From an uncultured Actinomycetota bacterium (GTDB lineage Bacteria; Actinomycetota; Actinomycetes; Mycobacteriales; CAVVZQ01), in NCBI GenBank assembly GCA_963752715.1, contig CAVVZQ010000006.1, positions 93,179-157,178 on the forward strand: 64,000 bases of DNA. Reading direction: 5' to 3'. A model generated the notes under the pieces. That model was not told where the DNA came from. It searched no databases and saw nothing but the letters and a program-made list of their open reading frames with translations. Made by a program: the position numbers and the translations under genes. Positions 36,988 through 46,503 of the stretch are shown piece after piece (position 1 is the first letter of the stretch; each line of letters begins with the position of its first letter).

Positions 36988-37623
36988 ATGCTCGCCGGTG
37001 GGGACGCTTCAGGGGGACTCTCGGCTTCCCGAGTGATCTCGGCCCTAGAGGCTCGCTTCCACGAGGTGTGGCGGTTCCTCACGGTCGGGGTCATCAGCAC
37101 TGCCATCGAGTTCGCGCTGTTCAATGCGATGGTGTTCGCGCTGGCGTTCGGGCCGGTGACCGCCAAGGTGATCGCCACGGCTGCCGCGATGGTCAACGCA
37201 TACCTCGGCAACCGCCACTGGTCCTTCCGGCACCGGCCGCGCGCCCGGCTCTCCTCACAGGCGTTGCTGTTTCTCGTGGTGAACGGCATCGGGATCGCCA
37301 TGGGGGCGGCGTTCGTCGCCGGCGCCAACCGGATCTTCGACGCGCAGAGCTTCGTCGCGCTGAACCTGGTCAACGTCGCTGCCGTGCTGTCCGTGCTGGT
37401 CTTCAGGTTCTGGGCCTATCACCGCTGGGTGTTCCCGAGCGACGGACAGGTACTCAGCGGACGGAGGACCAAGGGCATCCCACCGCAGGCTGTCCCGGTC
37501 GGCCCAGTCGGCTCAGTCGGCTCAGTCGGCTCAGTCGGCCCCGCGAGTTCCGTGGTCCCCGTCGGGGTCGCTGTCTCGCCCGTCGGGAACCTCCCGGCCG
37601 GACTGGTGGGCGCTCCCCAGTAG
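36988..37623 (+). CDS. GtrA-family membrane protein (Rv3277-like)
   Basis: FLTVGVISTAIEFALFN...YLGNRHWSFR...FWAYHRWVF. The C-terminal tail carries a GSVGSVGSV repeat. Confidence 0.85.
   Translation: MLAGGDASGGLSASRVISALEARFHEVWRFLTVGVISTAIEFALFNAMVFALAFGPVTAKVIATAAAMVNAYLGNRHWSFRHRPRARLSSQALLFLVVNGIGIAMGAAFVAGANRIFDAQSFVALNLVNVAAVLSVLVFRFWAYHRWVFPSDGQVLSGRRTKGIPPQAVPVGPVGSVGSVGSVGPASSVVPVGVAVSPVGNLPAGLVGAPQ
37501..37545. repeat. 9-bp tandem repeat CGGCTCAGT, about 5 copies
   Basis: cggcccagt cggctcagt cggctcagt cggctcagt cggccccgc. In frame within the gtrA tail. Confidence 0.9.
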
Positions 37624-37702
37624 CGCCACCCAGCTGCACAGGCGCCGCTGAGGAACCAGCAATCAGCTCCCAGTCGCGCAGCCTGCCCGGCAGCTCAGCC
37701 CG

Positions 37703-39277
37703 TCAGACCGGGGTGATGCCGTGTCGGCGCCGTGAGAAGTCCCGCTCCTTGCCCTGGTACGCGCGGTACCTGAGGACGAGCTCCTCCCGCAGGTCCTCCG
37801 GCTCCACGATGGCGTCGACCACCATCTCCGCCGCCAGGTGAACGATGTCGATGTCCTGCTCGTAGGCTGCGCGGCGCTCGGCGACGAAAGCACTCCGCTC
37901 GGCCTCGTCCTCGATGGCCGCGATCTTGTTCGCATAGACAGCGTTGACGGCCGCCTCGGCACCCATCACCGCGATCTTCGCGGTGGGCAGCGCCAGGGTG
38001 GCGTCCGGCTCGAACCCGGGCCCCGCCATCGCGTACAGCCCGGCTCCGTAGGCCTTGCGCACCACCACGCAGATCTTGGGGACGGTGGCCTCGGACACGG
38101 CCGAGATCATCTTGGCACCGTGGCGGATGATGCCCTGACGCTCCACCGCAGTGCCGACCATGAAGCCCGGGACGTCTGCGAGGAACAGCAGCGGCACGTT
38201 GAACGCGTCGCAGGTCTGCACGAACCGCGCCGCCTTGTCGGCGGAGTCGGGGAACAGCACGCCGCCCTTGAACATCGAGTTGTTGGCGACGACACCGACC
38301 ACCTCGCCGTCGAGACGCGCGAATCCGACGAGGAGCTCCTTGGCCCACAGCGCCTGGATTTCGAAGAAGCTGCCCTCGTCGACCAGCCCTCGCACGTAGC
38401 GCCGCATGTCGAAGGCCTGTCGCTCGCTGTCCGGCACCAGTGAGCGCAGGTCGTACTTCACCTCAGCGGGTGCAGGATCGGCCACCGGAGGGGTGCTCTG
38501 CCAGTTCGACGGCAGGTAGGACAGATAGCGGCGCACGACCCCGAGCGCCTCCTGCTCGTCCTTGCACAGGAAGTGGCCGCAGCCGGAGACCGTGCAGTGC
38601 ATCCGGGCGCCGCCCATCTCCTCCAGCGTGGTCTTCTCGCCGACCACCATCTCGACCATCCGGTCGCTGCCGAGGTACATCGACGCGTTGCCGTCGACCA
38701 TCGCGACGACGTCGCAGAAGGCGGGGATGTAGGCGCCCCCGGCAGCCGACGGGCCGAACAGCGCACACACCTGCGGGATCGCACCGCTGGCCCGCACCTG
38801 GCTGTGGAAGATCCGGCCCGCACCGCGTCGTCCCGGGAACAGGTCCACCTGGTCGGTGATCCGCGCACCGGCGCTGTCCACCAGGTAGACCATGGGCACG
38901 CGGGTGCGGTAGGCCGTCTCGATGATCCGGACGATCTTCTCGACCGTACGGGCGCCCCACGACCCGGCCTTCACGGTCGAGTCGTTGGCCATCAGACAGA
39001 CCGGTCGGCCGTCGATCGTCGCAGTCCCGGTCACGACACCATCGGCGGGCAGGCCGTTCGCCAGGACGTTGGCGAACATGCCGTCCTCCGCGAAGCTGCC
39101 CGCGTCGACAAGCGACTCGACCCGGTCCCGGGCGAACATCTTGCCCCGCCGGGCGTTCGCCTGGTGATACTTGTCCGCCCCACCCTTGCCGATCGTGGCC
39201 CGCAGCTCGCCGACCGGAGGGTGCTCGCGTCCGTGGGTGCTCACGTTGGCAGGGTACGGGGACTCCCCCACCGTCAC
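37703..39277 (-). CDS. Acyl-CoA carboxylase carboxyltransferase beta subunit (methylcrotonyl-CoA carboxylase beta / AccD1-like)
   Basis: 524-aa carboxyl transferase (GKMFARDRVESLVD...VTGTATIDGRPVCLMANDSTVKAGSWG...ADVPGFMVG). Confidence 0.88.
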   Translation of the reverse strand: MTVGESPYPANVSTHGREHPPVGELRATIGKGGADKYHQANARRGKMFARDRVESLVDAGSFAEDGMFANVLANGLPADGVVTGTATIDGRPVCLMANDSTVKAGSWGARTVEKIVRIIETAYRTRVPMVYLVDSAGARITDQVDLFPGRRGAGRIFHSQVRASGAIPQVCALFGPSAAGGAYIPAFCDVVAMVDGNASMYLGSDRMVEMVVGEKTTLEEMGGARMHCTVSGCGHFLCKDEQEALGVVRRYLSYLPSNWQSTPPVADPAPAEVKYDLRSLVPDSERQAFDMRRYVRGLVDEGSFFEIQALWAKELLVGFARLDGEVVGVVANNSMFKGGVLFPDSADKAARFVQTCDAFNVPLLFLADVPGFMVGTAVERQGIIRHGAKMISAVSEATVPKICVVVRKAYGAGLYAMAGPGFEPDATLALPTAKIAVMGAEAAVNAVYANKIAAIEDEAERSAFVAERRAAYEQDIDIVHLAAEMVVDAIVEPEDLREELVLRYRAYQGKERDFSRRRHGITPV

Positions 39278-39299
39278 GGCGGGACGACGTACGACCGCG

Positions 39300-40238
39300 C
39301 TATCGGAGGTGGTCGGGGACCGGCGTGCGGCGGGTGCGCGGACCCGCCCTGAGCACCTGCGAGGGCAGCGTATGGCCGACCAGTTGCTCCGCCTGGGCCG
39401 CCACCTCGATCATGCGCTCCAGGTCGACGCCGGTGCTGATGCCCATGTCCTCCACCATGTGGACCAGTTCCTCGGTCGCAATGTTCCCGCTGGCGCCCGG
39501 GGCGTACGGGCAGCCCCCCAGCCCGCCCACGGAGGCGTCGAAGTCGGACACGCCGAGCTGCAGCGCCGCCAGCACGTTCGCCAGCCCGGTCCCCCGGGTG
39601 TTGTGGAAGTGCAGGTTCAGGGGCGTGTCCGGGAACGCCATCCGGGTCTCGCCGACGAGCCGGGTCACCCGCGTCGGCGTGGCCATACCGGTCGTGTCCC
39701 CGTACGACAGACCGTCCGCACCGTGCTCGAGGGCCTCACGGGCCACCGAGAGGACCCGCTCCAGCGGGACATCCCCCTCGTACGGGCATCCCCAGGCCGT
39801 GGAGACGATCACCTGGCAGGTGGCGCCGACGTCGTGCGCGGTTCCGATCAGCTCGGCAATCTCGGCAAGCGACTCGGCTGTCGTCCGGTTCAGGTTGGCG
39901 CGGTTGTGGGTGTCCGAGGCGCTCACGACCACCTCGATCTCCCGGAACCCGGCGTCGAGGGCCCGCCGGGCACCACGCAGGTTGGGCACCAGGGCGCTGT
40001 ATCGGATCGGGTCCGCCCGGTCGATGCCCTCCCAGACCTCGGCCGCGTCGGCCATCTGGGGGATGGCTCGGGGATGGACGTAGGAGACCGCCTCGATGCG
40101 CGCCACCCCCGTGGTCGCGAGGGCGTCGATCAGCGCGATCTTGCCGGCGGTGTCGACCGGAGGCTCGTTCTGAAGCCCGTCGCGGGGACCCACCTCTCGC
40201 AGGGACAGCGACGTCGGCAGATCGCCGACGAGGCTCAT
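39300..40238 (-). CDS. Hydroxymethylglutaryl-CoA lyase
   Basis: LREVGPRDGLQNE...HFHNTRGTGLANVLAALQLG...GGLGGCPYAPGASGN. Confidence 0.9.
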   Translation of the reverse strand: MSLVGDLPTSLSLREVGPRDGLQNEPPVDTAGKIALIDALATTGVARIEAVSYVHPRAIPQMADAAEVWEGIDRADPIRYSALVPNLRGARRALDAGFREIEVVVSASDTHNRANLNRTTAESLAEIAELIGTAHDVGATCQVIVSTAWGCPYEGDVPLERVLSVAREALEHGADGLSYGDTTGMATPTRVTRLVGETRMAFPDTPLNLHFHNTRGTGLANVLAALQLGVSDFDASVGGLGGCPYAPGASGNIATEELVHMVEDMGISTGVDLERMIEVAAQAEQLVGHTLPSQVLRAGPRTRRTPVPDHLR

Positions 40239-41035
40239 CGCACGTGCTCCACGTCACCTGCGGCGACCGTCACCCGATCGGACTCCGTCTGCAGCACCAG
40301 TCCGCCCGACCCGTCGACGTCCACAGCCTTGCCCACGAGGGCTTCGCCGCCGGGCACGGTCACCGTTACCTCCTTGCCGAGCGTCGCGCAGCGCTTGCGG
40401 TACGCGGCAACCAGGCCACAGGTACGGGCGTTCCCGTGGCACTGCCGCCAGTTCCGGTAGTCGTGCTCGACCTGGTTCAGCACGTGACCGATGAGGACGT
40501 CCCGATCCACCGTCCAGGCGCCCTCGAGCTCGAGCGAGGTCGCCTCCGCGATGGGGAGCTCCGCCATCGTCGTCGTGACGTTGACCCCGACTCCCACGAC
40601 GATCGCGTCGCCTGCCAGCTCGGAGCGCACTCCGCCGGCCTTGCGTGCCCGCGCGCCCAGCAGCAGGTCGTTGGGCCACTTCAGCCTGGTCTCGATCTCC
40701 GTCGCCTCGGACAGCGCGACCGCCAGAGAGGTGCCCACCAGCAACGGCACCCATCCCCATCGTGACCGCGGCACGTCGACCGGTCGCAGCAGCATGCTGA
40801 AGATGAGTCCGGCCCGCGGCGGAGACACCCACTGACGGTCGAACCGCCCGCGCCCGCTCGTCTGGAAGTCGGCGGCCGTGACCAGCCCTTCCGGCTCGTT
40901 GCGCAGTGCGAACGCCGCCACGTCCTCATTCGTCGAACCGGTCTGGCCGAGGACCCTGACGGTGTGCCAGAGTCCGCCCTCCCGGATGACGTGCTCGCGA
41001 ATCCGCTCGGAATTCAGTGCTTCACGCTCAGCCAC
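40235..41035 (-). CDS. birA: Biotin--[acetyl-CoA-carboxylase] ligase, catalytic-only form with no HTH domain
   Basis: TGSTNED...QTSGRGRFDRQW...LKWPNDLL. Its stop overlaps the lyase start (ATGA). Confidence 0.88.
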   Translation of the reverse strand: MAEREALNSERIREHVIREGGLWHTVRVLGQTGSTNEDVAAFALRNEPEGLVTAADFQTSGRGRFDRQWVSPPRAGLIFSMLLRPVDVPRSRWGWVPLLVGTSLAVALSEATEIETRLKWPNDLLLGARARKAGGVRSELAGDAIVVGVGVNVTTTMAELPIAEATSLELEGAWTVDRDVLIGHVLNQVEHDYRNWRQCHGNARTCGLVAAYRKRCATLGKEVTVTVPGGEALVGKAVDVDGSGGLVLQTESDRVTVAAGDVEHVR

Positions 41036-41132
41036 CGGACCCCCTCTTGAATGTCAGTACGGCGTTGCCGCGGCGTACACCAGACTCGCACCGATCCCGC
41101 CTCGGAGCCACGACTCCGGGCGGGTCGCTGGC

Positions 41133-41149
41133 AGGGTTCTCAGAACCCT
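41133..41149 (-). terminator. Hairpin AGGGTTC-tca-GAACCCT immediately after the stop of the eis-like gene
   Basis: Perfect 7-bp stem with a 3-nt loop. There is no U-tract, so it is a weak terminator candidate. Confidence 0.3.
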
Positions 41150-41151
41150 TC

Positions 41152-42378
41152 TCAGAACCACGTGCTGCACCACGCAGGCTCGGGCCACCCGAGCAGAGCC
41201 GACAGGCGGGGCACGGCGCCGGCATCCGGCACGACCGCCTGGCCGCACGCGACCAGTGTGGCCAGCCGGCCCGAGCCCAGGTACAGCGCGCCCAGGCCGG
41301 CGGCGGTCACGCTCAGGTCCGGCTCGTCGCTGCTGCGCTCGCAGCTAGCCCTTCCGCCGTCGGCGACCAGCCGGTAGACGCCCTCGGCAGGGCCTCCGGG
41401 GTCGCGCACCCGCATCACCAGAGTCCCGTCCACCGGATAGCGGCGGGACTGCAGCGCGCGGCACACATCCAACGGCCGCAGCCACAGCATGTCTCTGCGC
41501 CAGGCCTGACTCACCGCGCGGGCGTCCTGGAGCAGCCACGGCAGGTCGTCGTCCACCCGCCGGTCCTGCGCCTGGATGCGTCCGACCAGGTCGACGGCGA
41601 GCAGGTAGCGCCACAGGGACGCCTCGGCGGCCGACGAGACGGCGACCAGCTCCCGCAGCTGAAGCACGCTCTGCGCCACGCGCGCCTCCCACTTCTGGCG
41701 GACGTCGAAGCGCGCGAAGCCCGCCGGCTCGCCGCCACCGTCACGGCACAGGATGTGAAACGCCGCAGGCGCGTGCTGAGGCACGCGAGCCAGCGTTCCC
41801 AGCTCGGTGCCCCAGCGCCAGCTGCTCCGCGAGACCCCGCCCGGGTAGCGCCGCCGCTGCCTCTCGAACAGCGCAGGCGCCACGGCCAGCAGATCCGCGC
41901 CGGAGAGTTCCTCGACGGTGTGGTCCACGCCCGGGGCGGACGCGTTCATCCGCGCCGCCCGCGCGTCCACGTCGAGCCAGACGTGATCGGTGGCGGGCCC
42001 GAACCCGAACCGTCCGTAGATCGGGTACTCGGAGGCCACCAGGACGCTGACCACCTCACCCCGCTCGGCCGCGTCGGCGATCTCGGCCTCGAGCATGCCG
42101 CGGACGAGGCCGCCGCGCCGGTGGCTGGGGCGGGTGGTGACCATGGTGATCCCAGCGGCGGGGACCACTTCGCCCCCCGGGACCGAGACGTCGAAACCGA
42201 AGCTGGCCAAGGTGCTGACCAGTGAGCCGCCCGAGTACGCGCCCCGCATCCGCCCGTACGGCAGCCCGGGCAGCCAGGCCTCGACCTCCTCGTCGCTGGG
42301 CCGGCTGAGGAAGCCTGCCGAGACGGCCCGGAACCAGTCCTTCGTTGCGTCCGCTGTGATCAGGCGCACGTCAACCAT
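41152..42378 (-). CDS. Eis-like GNAT N-acetyltransferase with a C-terminal SCP2-like domain
   Basis: ATG at 42378 ([15 protein letters not shown]...). [23 protein letters not shown]...[11 protein letters not shown]. The upstream 124 codons of the track ORF are junk. Confidence 0.8.
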   Translation of the reverse strand: MVDVRLITADATKDWFRAVSAGFLSRPSDEEVEAWLPGLPYGRMRGAYSGGSLVSTLASFGFDVSVPGGEVVPAAGITMVTTRPSHRRGGLVRGMLEAEIADAAERGEVVSVLVASEYPIYGRFGFGPATDHVWLDVDARAARMNASAPGVDHTVEELSGADLLAVAPALFERQRRRYPGGVSRSSWRWGTELGTLARVPQHAPAAFHILCRDGGGEPAGFARFDVRQKWEARVAQSVLQLRELVAVSSAAEASLWRYLLAVDLVGRIQAQDRRVDDDLPWLLQDARAVSQAWRRDMLWLRPLDVCRALQSRRYPVDGTLVMRVRDPGGPAEGVYRLVADGGRASCERSSDEPDLSVTAAGLGALYLGSGRLATLVACGQAVVPDAGAVPRLSALLGWPEPAWCSTWF

Positions 42379-42469
42379 GACGCGGAATGTAGACCTGGTG
42401 GGACCTGCCCGCCCCAGCGGCCGGGCCCACCTAGTCTGGGTTCGTCTGATCTTCTTACCTCGGGGGGAA

Positions 42470-44095
42470 ATGCCAGTGTCCGCGGTCCCGGCGGAAGAAA
42501 CGCCCTCGTACGACATCCACACCACCAGCGGCAAGGCTGCCGCCCTGGACGCACGCATCGACGACGCCATCCATGCCGGCTCCGCTCGTGCCGTGGAGAA
42601 GCAGCACGCCAAGGGCAAGATGACGGCTCGGGAGCGAGTCGAGGCCCTCATGGACCCGGGCTCGTTCGTCGAGACCGACGCGCTGGCCCGGCACCGCGCC
42701 ACGGCGTTCGGCCTCGCCGCCCAGCGACCGTACGGCGACGGCGTGATCACCGGCTACGGCACGGTGGACGGCCGCCCGGTGTGCATCTTCAGCCAGGACT
42801 TCACGGTCTTCGGTGGCTCGCTGGGCGAGGTCTTCGCCGAGAAGGTCATCAAGGTGATGGATCTGGCGATGAAGATCGGCTGCCCGGTGGTGGGGATCAA
42901 CGACTCCGGCGGCGCGCGCATCCAGGAGGGAGTGGTCTCGCTGGGCATGTACGGGGAGATCTTCCACCGCAATGTGCAGGCTTCCGGGGTCATCCCACAG
43001 ATCTCGCTGATCATGGGACCGTGCGCGGGTGGAGCGGTGTACTCCCCGGCCATCACCGACTTCACCCTGATGGTCGACAAGACCTCCCACATGTTCATCA
43101 CGGGCCCGGACGTCATCAAGACCGTGACCGGCGAGGACGTCGCATTCGAGGACCTCGGTGGGGCGCACACCCACAACACGAAGTCCGGGGTGGCCCACTT
43201 CCAGGCCAGCGACGAGGCCGACTGCCTGGAGCTGACCCGGGCACTGCTGTCCTACCTGCCCAGCAACAACCTCACCGAGCCCCCCGCCTGGGACCCCGAC
43301 CCGGCCGCCTCCGACCTGGGGGTGAGCAGCTACGACGCCGAGCTCGACGACCTCATGCCGGACTCGTCCAACGTCCCCTACGACATGCGGACGGTCATCG
43401 AGCACGTGGTCGACGACGAGGAGTTCCTCGAGGTACATGCGCTGTTCGCGCAGAACATGGTGTGCGGGTTCGGTCGGGTGGAAGGTCATCCGGTCGGCAT
43501 CGTCGCCAACCAGCCCATGCACTTCGCCGGGACGCTCGACATCGACGCCAGCGAGAAGGCCAGCCGCTTCGTACGGACCTGCGACGCCTTCAACATCCCG
43601 GTGATCACCTTCGTAGACGTCCCGGGCTTCCTCCCGGGTACCGACCAGGAGTGGCAAGGAATCATCCGCCGCGGCGCGAAGCTCATCTACGCCTACTCGG
43701 AGGCGACGGTCCCGAAGATCACGATCATCACCCGCAAGGCCTACGGCGGCGCATACGTGGTCATGGGCTCCAAGCACCTGCGCAGCGACATCGAGCTGGC
43801 CTGGCCCACCGCCGAGATCGCGGTGATGGGAGCCCAGGGCGCGGCCAACATCATCCACCGACGCGAGATCGCCACCGCGGGACCGGACCCGAAGGCCGTC
43901 GAGAAGCGTCGGGCGGAGCTGATTCAGGACTACGCCGACCACTTCGCCAACCCGTACATGGCCGCCGAGCGCGGGTACGTGGACGCGGTCATCCATCCGC
44001 GTCAGACCCGCTCCGAGATCGTCAAGGGGCTGCGCCTGCTGCGGTCCAAGCGGGAGACCCAGCCTCCCAAGAAGCACGGGAACATTCCGCTGTGA
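42470..44095 (+). CDS. accD5: Propionyl/acetyl-CoA carboxylase carboxyltransferase beta subunit
   Basis: ATG at 42470 follows [26 protein letters not shown]...[26 protein letters not shown]...VDVPGFLPG. Confidence 0.92.
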   Translation: MPVSAVPAEETPSYDIHTTSGKAAALDARIDDAIHAGSARAVEKQHAKGKMTARERVEALMDPGSFVETDALARHRATAFGLAAQRPYGDGVITGYGTVDGRPVCIFSQDFTVFGGSLGEVFAEKVIKVMDLAMKIGCPVVGINDSGGARIQEGVVSLGMYGEIFHRNVQASGVIPQISLIMGPCAGGAVYSPAITDFTLMVDKTSHMFITGPDVIKTVTGEDVAFEDLGGAHTHNTKSGVAHFQASDEADCLELTRALLSYLPSNNLTEPPAWDPDPAASDLGVSSYDAELDDLMPDSSNVPYDMRTVIEHVVDDEEFLEVHALFAQNMVCGFGRVEGHPVGIVANQPMHFAGTLDIDASEKASRFVRTCDAFNIPVITFVDVPGFLPGTDQEWQGIIRRGAKLIYAYSEATVPKITIITRKAYGGAYVVMGSKHLRSDIELAWPTAEIAVMGAQGAANIIHRREIATAGPDPKAVEKRRAELIQDYADHFANPYMAAERGYVDAVIHPRQTRSEIVKGLRLLRSKRETQPPKKHGNIPL

Positions 44096-44337
44096 CCGCC
44101 CACGACGAAGGGACGCCGCTGGTCAGGGTGCGGCAGGGCAACCCGACCGACTGCGAGCTGGCGGCAGTGGTAGCGGTCCTCGCCAGAGTCGACGCCGCCG
44201 CGCGAGCCGCCCGGGCAGCGTCTGCCGCGCAGGACTCCGGCGCTGCCGGGGTGTGGACCGACCGGGCGAGCCTGCTGCGTCGCCAGGTGACCCCGGGTCC
44301 GGGCGCGTGGCGCTTCTCTGCCACGCCGCACTCATGA
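44092..44337 (+). CDS. accE: Acyl-CoA carboxylase epsilon subunit
   Basis: The GTG start overlaps the accD5 stop (GTGA). 81 aa reading ...[21 protein letters not shown]...WTDRASLLR. Confidence 0.8.
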   Translation: MTAHDEGTPLVRVRQGNPTDCELAAVVAVLARVDAAARAARAASAAQDSGAAGVWTDRASLLRRQVTPGPGAWRFSATPHS

Positions 44338-44341
44338 CCGC

Positions 44342-44386
44342 CCCGACCACCCCGACCACCCCGAGCCACCCCGGCCACCCCGGCCA
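44342..44386. repeat. 9-10 bp tandem repeat CCCG(A/G)(G)CCAC, 5 copies
   Basis: cccgaccac cccgaccac cccgagccac cccggccac cccggcca. Lies between the accE stop and the next gene's start. Confidence 0.9.
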
Positions 44387-44388
44387 GG

Positions 44389-46503
44389 GTGCGGGGACCC
44401 CGCTGGGCGACGGCCATGCGGTGGGTGGGCGTCGTACTGCTCGTCCTGACCGTGCTGCTCGGATGGGCCAACCGGACCCTGCTGGACGCCGAGGGCTTCG
44501 CGGACGCCACCGTGGAGGCCCTGCAGCAGCCCGCCGTCGCCTCGGAGATCGCCGAGGTCGTCACCGACGAGATCATCCTCGCCGCGGAGGAGGACCTCAC
44601 CGCGATCCGACCGCTGATCGTCTCGACGGTCGAGGTCGCACTGACCAGCGACGTGGCTGCAGGAGCGATCCGGCTGGCCGCCTCGACCGCACACGACGTG
44701 GCGTTCAGCGAGCAGGGCAACACGCTGTTGCTCAACCTGCAGGACCTCGCCGTTCTCGTGAAGACTGCGCTGCGGACCATCGCTCCGGAGGCCGCCGACA
44801 GCATCTCGGAGGCGGAGATCCCTGTCGAGGTTCCGGTCGCGGGCGACGCCACCGATGACACGGTCAACCTCGCCCAGCAGGCCGCCAAGGCGCGGTGGCT
44901 GCTGTGGGGTGCTCTGGTGCTGGGGACAGGTCTCCTGCTGGCGGGGATCCTGCTGGCAAGGTCACGGCGACACGCCATGCTCTCCGCCGGCGTCGGCCTG
45001 ATCACGGGGGGTCTGCTCGTCGCGGTCGGGGTTGTCGTCGGCAGGCTCACCGCCGTGCTGGCTGCCGGCGACAACAGCTCCCTCGTCGACGCGCTCTACC
45101 AGTCCTACGTGGGTCCGCTTCTGAGCTGGGGCGTCGCGCTGGCCCTCATCGGGGTGGTGATCGCGGCCGCCGCGGCCGCACTGCTCGACCGGATGGACCT
45201 CGACGCATGGCTTCGCTCGGCGGCCCGCGCACTCGCCCGTACGCCGGCCTCGCGCTTCTGGGCCGCGGTCCGGGCGGTCGCGCTGCTGGCTGCCGGAATC
45301 CTTGTCGCCTGGCACCCCACGGCCACGGTGACGCTGCTCGTCGTGCTCGGCGGCGTGCTTCTCGCCTTCCTCGGGCTGCGTGAGCTGCTGGGCATGATCG
45401 CCGGTCCGGCCCCCGCCACCATCGGGGCACCTATGGAGGGCCCGGGCGCCGTTCCGTGGCGTCTGGCGATGCTGGCGGTGGTAGGGATGGCACTCGTCGG
45501 CGTGGGGGTGGCGTTCCTCGCCACCCGGACGCCCCCGGTCCAGGCTGCCTTCGCCGGGGCCTGCAACGGCTCGGTGGACCTCTGTGACCAGCCCTTCGAC
45601 GAGGTGGCGCTGGCAGGGACCCACAACTCGATGGCTGCGGCAGACGTGCCCGGCTGGCTGTTCCCCAACCAGGGCAGCAACATCCCGGACCAGCTCGCGG
45701 ACGGTATCCGGGCGCTGATGATCGACACCCACGTGGGGCTGCCCACGGGGGACACCGTGGTGACGGATCTCGATGCCGAGCCCGACGCCACCGAGACCTA
45801 CGTCGAGTACGTCGGGCAGGAGGGCCTGGACGCGGCCCTACGCATCAGGGACCGGGTGGCCGGTCAGCCAACCGGCGACCCGGCGATGTACCTCTGCCAC
45901 GGGTTCTGCGAGCTCGGTGCGCAGCCCATGGCAGCGGTGCTCACGTCCATCCGCAGCTTCCTGGTCAGCAACCCCGGCGAAGTGCTCGCCATCGTCATCC
46001 AGGACGACGGCGGAACCCCCGAGCAGATCTCGGCGGTCTTCACCGAGACAGGCCTGTCGGACCTGGTATGGAAGGGTGACGTGCCCACCCGGCAGGGCAC
46101 TGGCGAGTTCCCGACCCTGGGCGAGATGGTGGAGGCCAACCAGCGGGTCATGGTGTTCGCCGAGAACCGGGTGGAGGGTGCGCCCTCCTGGTACCACCTG
46201 ATGTACGACACCTTCCAGGAGACTCCGTACAAGTTCGAGAGCCCCGACGAGATGTCCTGTGAGCCGAACCGTGGGGGTACGGACGGCTCGCTCTTCCTGG
46301 TCAACAACTGGATCGAGACGGCGCCGGCGCCCAAGCCCAGCAACGCGACCATCGTGAACGACTATGACCGTCTCCTGGAGCGGGTCCAGCGCTGCCAGAC
46401 CGAGCGCAGCGTGCCGGCCAACGTGGTGGCCGTCGACTTCTACGGAAACGGTGACGTTCTCGGCGTGGTCGACACCCTCAACGGGATCCCGGACGCACGG
46501 TGA
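44389..46503 (+). CDS. Polytopic membrane protein fused to a C-terminal PLC-like (PI-PLC X-type) phosphodiesterase domain
   Basis: About 400 aa with an N-terminal TM helix, a helical ectodomain and about 6 more TM helices. Then LAGTHNSMAA...IRALMIDTH...MYLCHGFCE...LFLVNNWIE...NVVAVDFYGNGDV. The start is GTG 44389 or ATG 44416. Confidence 0.75.
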   Translation: MRGPRWATAMRWVGVVLLVLTVLLGWANRTLLDAEGFADATVEALQQPAVASEIAEVVTDEIILAAEEDLTAIRPLIVSTVEVALTSDVAAGAIRLAASTAHDVAFSEQGNTLLLNLQDLAVLVKTALRTIAPEAADSISEAEIPVEVPVAGDATDDTVNLAQQAAKARWLLWGALVLGTGLLLAGILLARSRRHAMLSAGVGLITGGLLVAVGVVVGRLTAVLAAGDNSSLVDALYQSYVGPLLSWGVALALIGVVIAAAAAALLDRMDLDAWLRSAARALARTPASRFWAAVRAVALLAAGILVAWHPTATVTLLVVLGGVLLAFLGLRELLGMIAGPAPATIGAPMEGPGAVPWRLAMLAVVGMALVGVGVAFLATRTPPVQAAFAGACNGSVDLCDQPFDEVALAGTHNSMAAADVPGWLFPNQGSNIPDQLADGIRALMIDTHVGLPTGDTVVTDLDAEPDATETYVEYVGQEGLDAALRIRDRVAGQPTGDPAMYLCHGFCELGAQPMAAVLTSIRSFLVSNPGEVLAIVIQDDGGTPEQISAVFTETGLSDLVWKGDVPTRQGTGEFPTLGEMVEANQRVMVFAENRVEGAPSWYHLMYDTFQETPYKFESPDEMSCEPNRGGTDGSLFLVNNWIETAPAPKPSNATIVNDYDRLLERVQRCQTERSVPANVVAVDFYGNGDVLGVVDTLNGIPDAR

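Noticed and set aside
42392-42407. Direct repeat GACCTGgtgg-GACCTG in the eis-like / accD5 divergent region as an operator
   Set aside because: There are only two hexamers in GC-rich DNA, with no palindromic partner and no known regulator motif that I can match. I cannot distinguish this from chance.
42455-44077. 540-aa minus-strand ORF. Similar long ORFs occur at 48112..49572 (-), 39171..40460 (+), 56708..58411 (+) and 10933..12273 (+).
   Set aside because: Each lies antisense to a gene with unambiguous family motifs (accD5, accA, HMG-CoA lyase, the mutase, manB).
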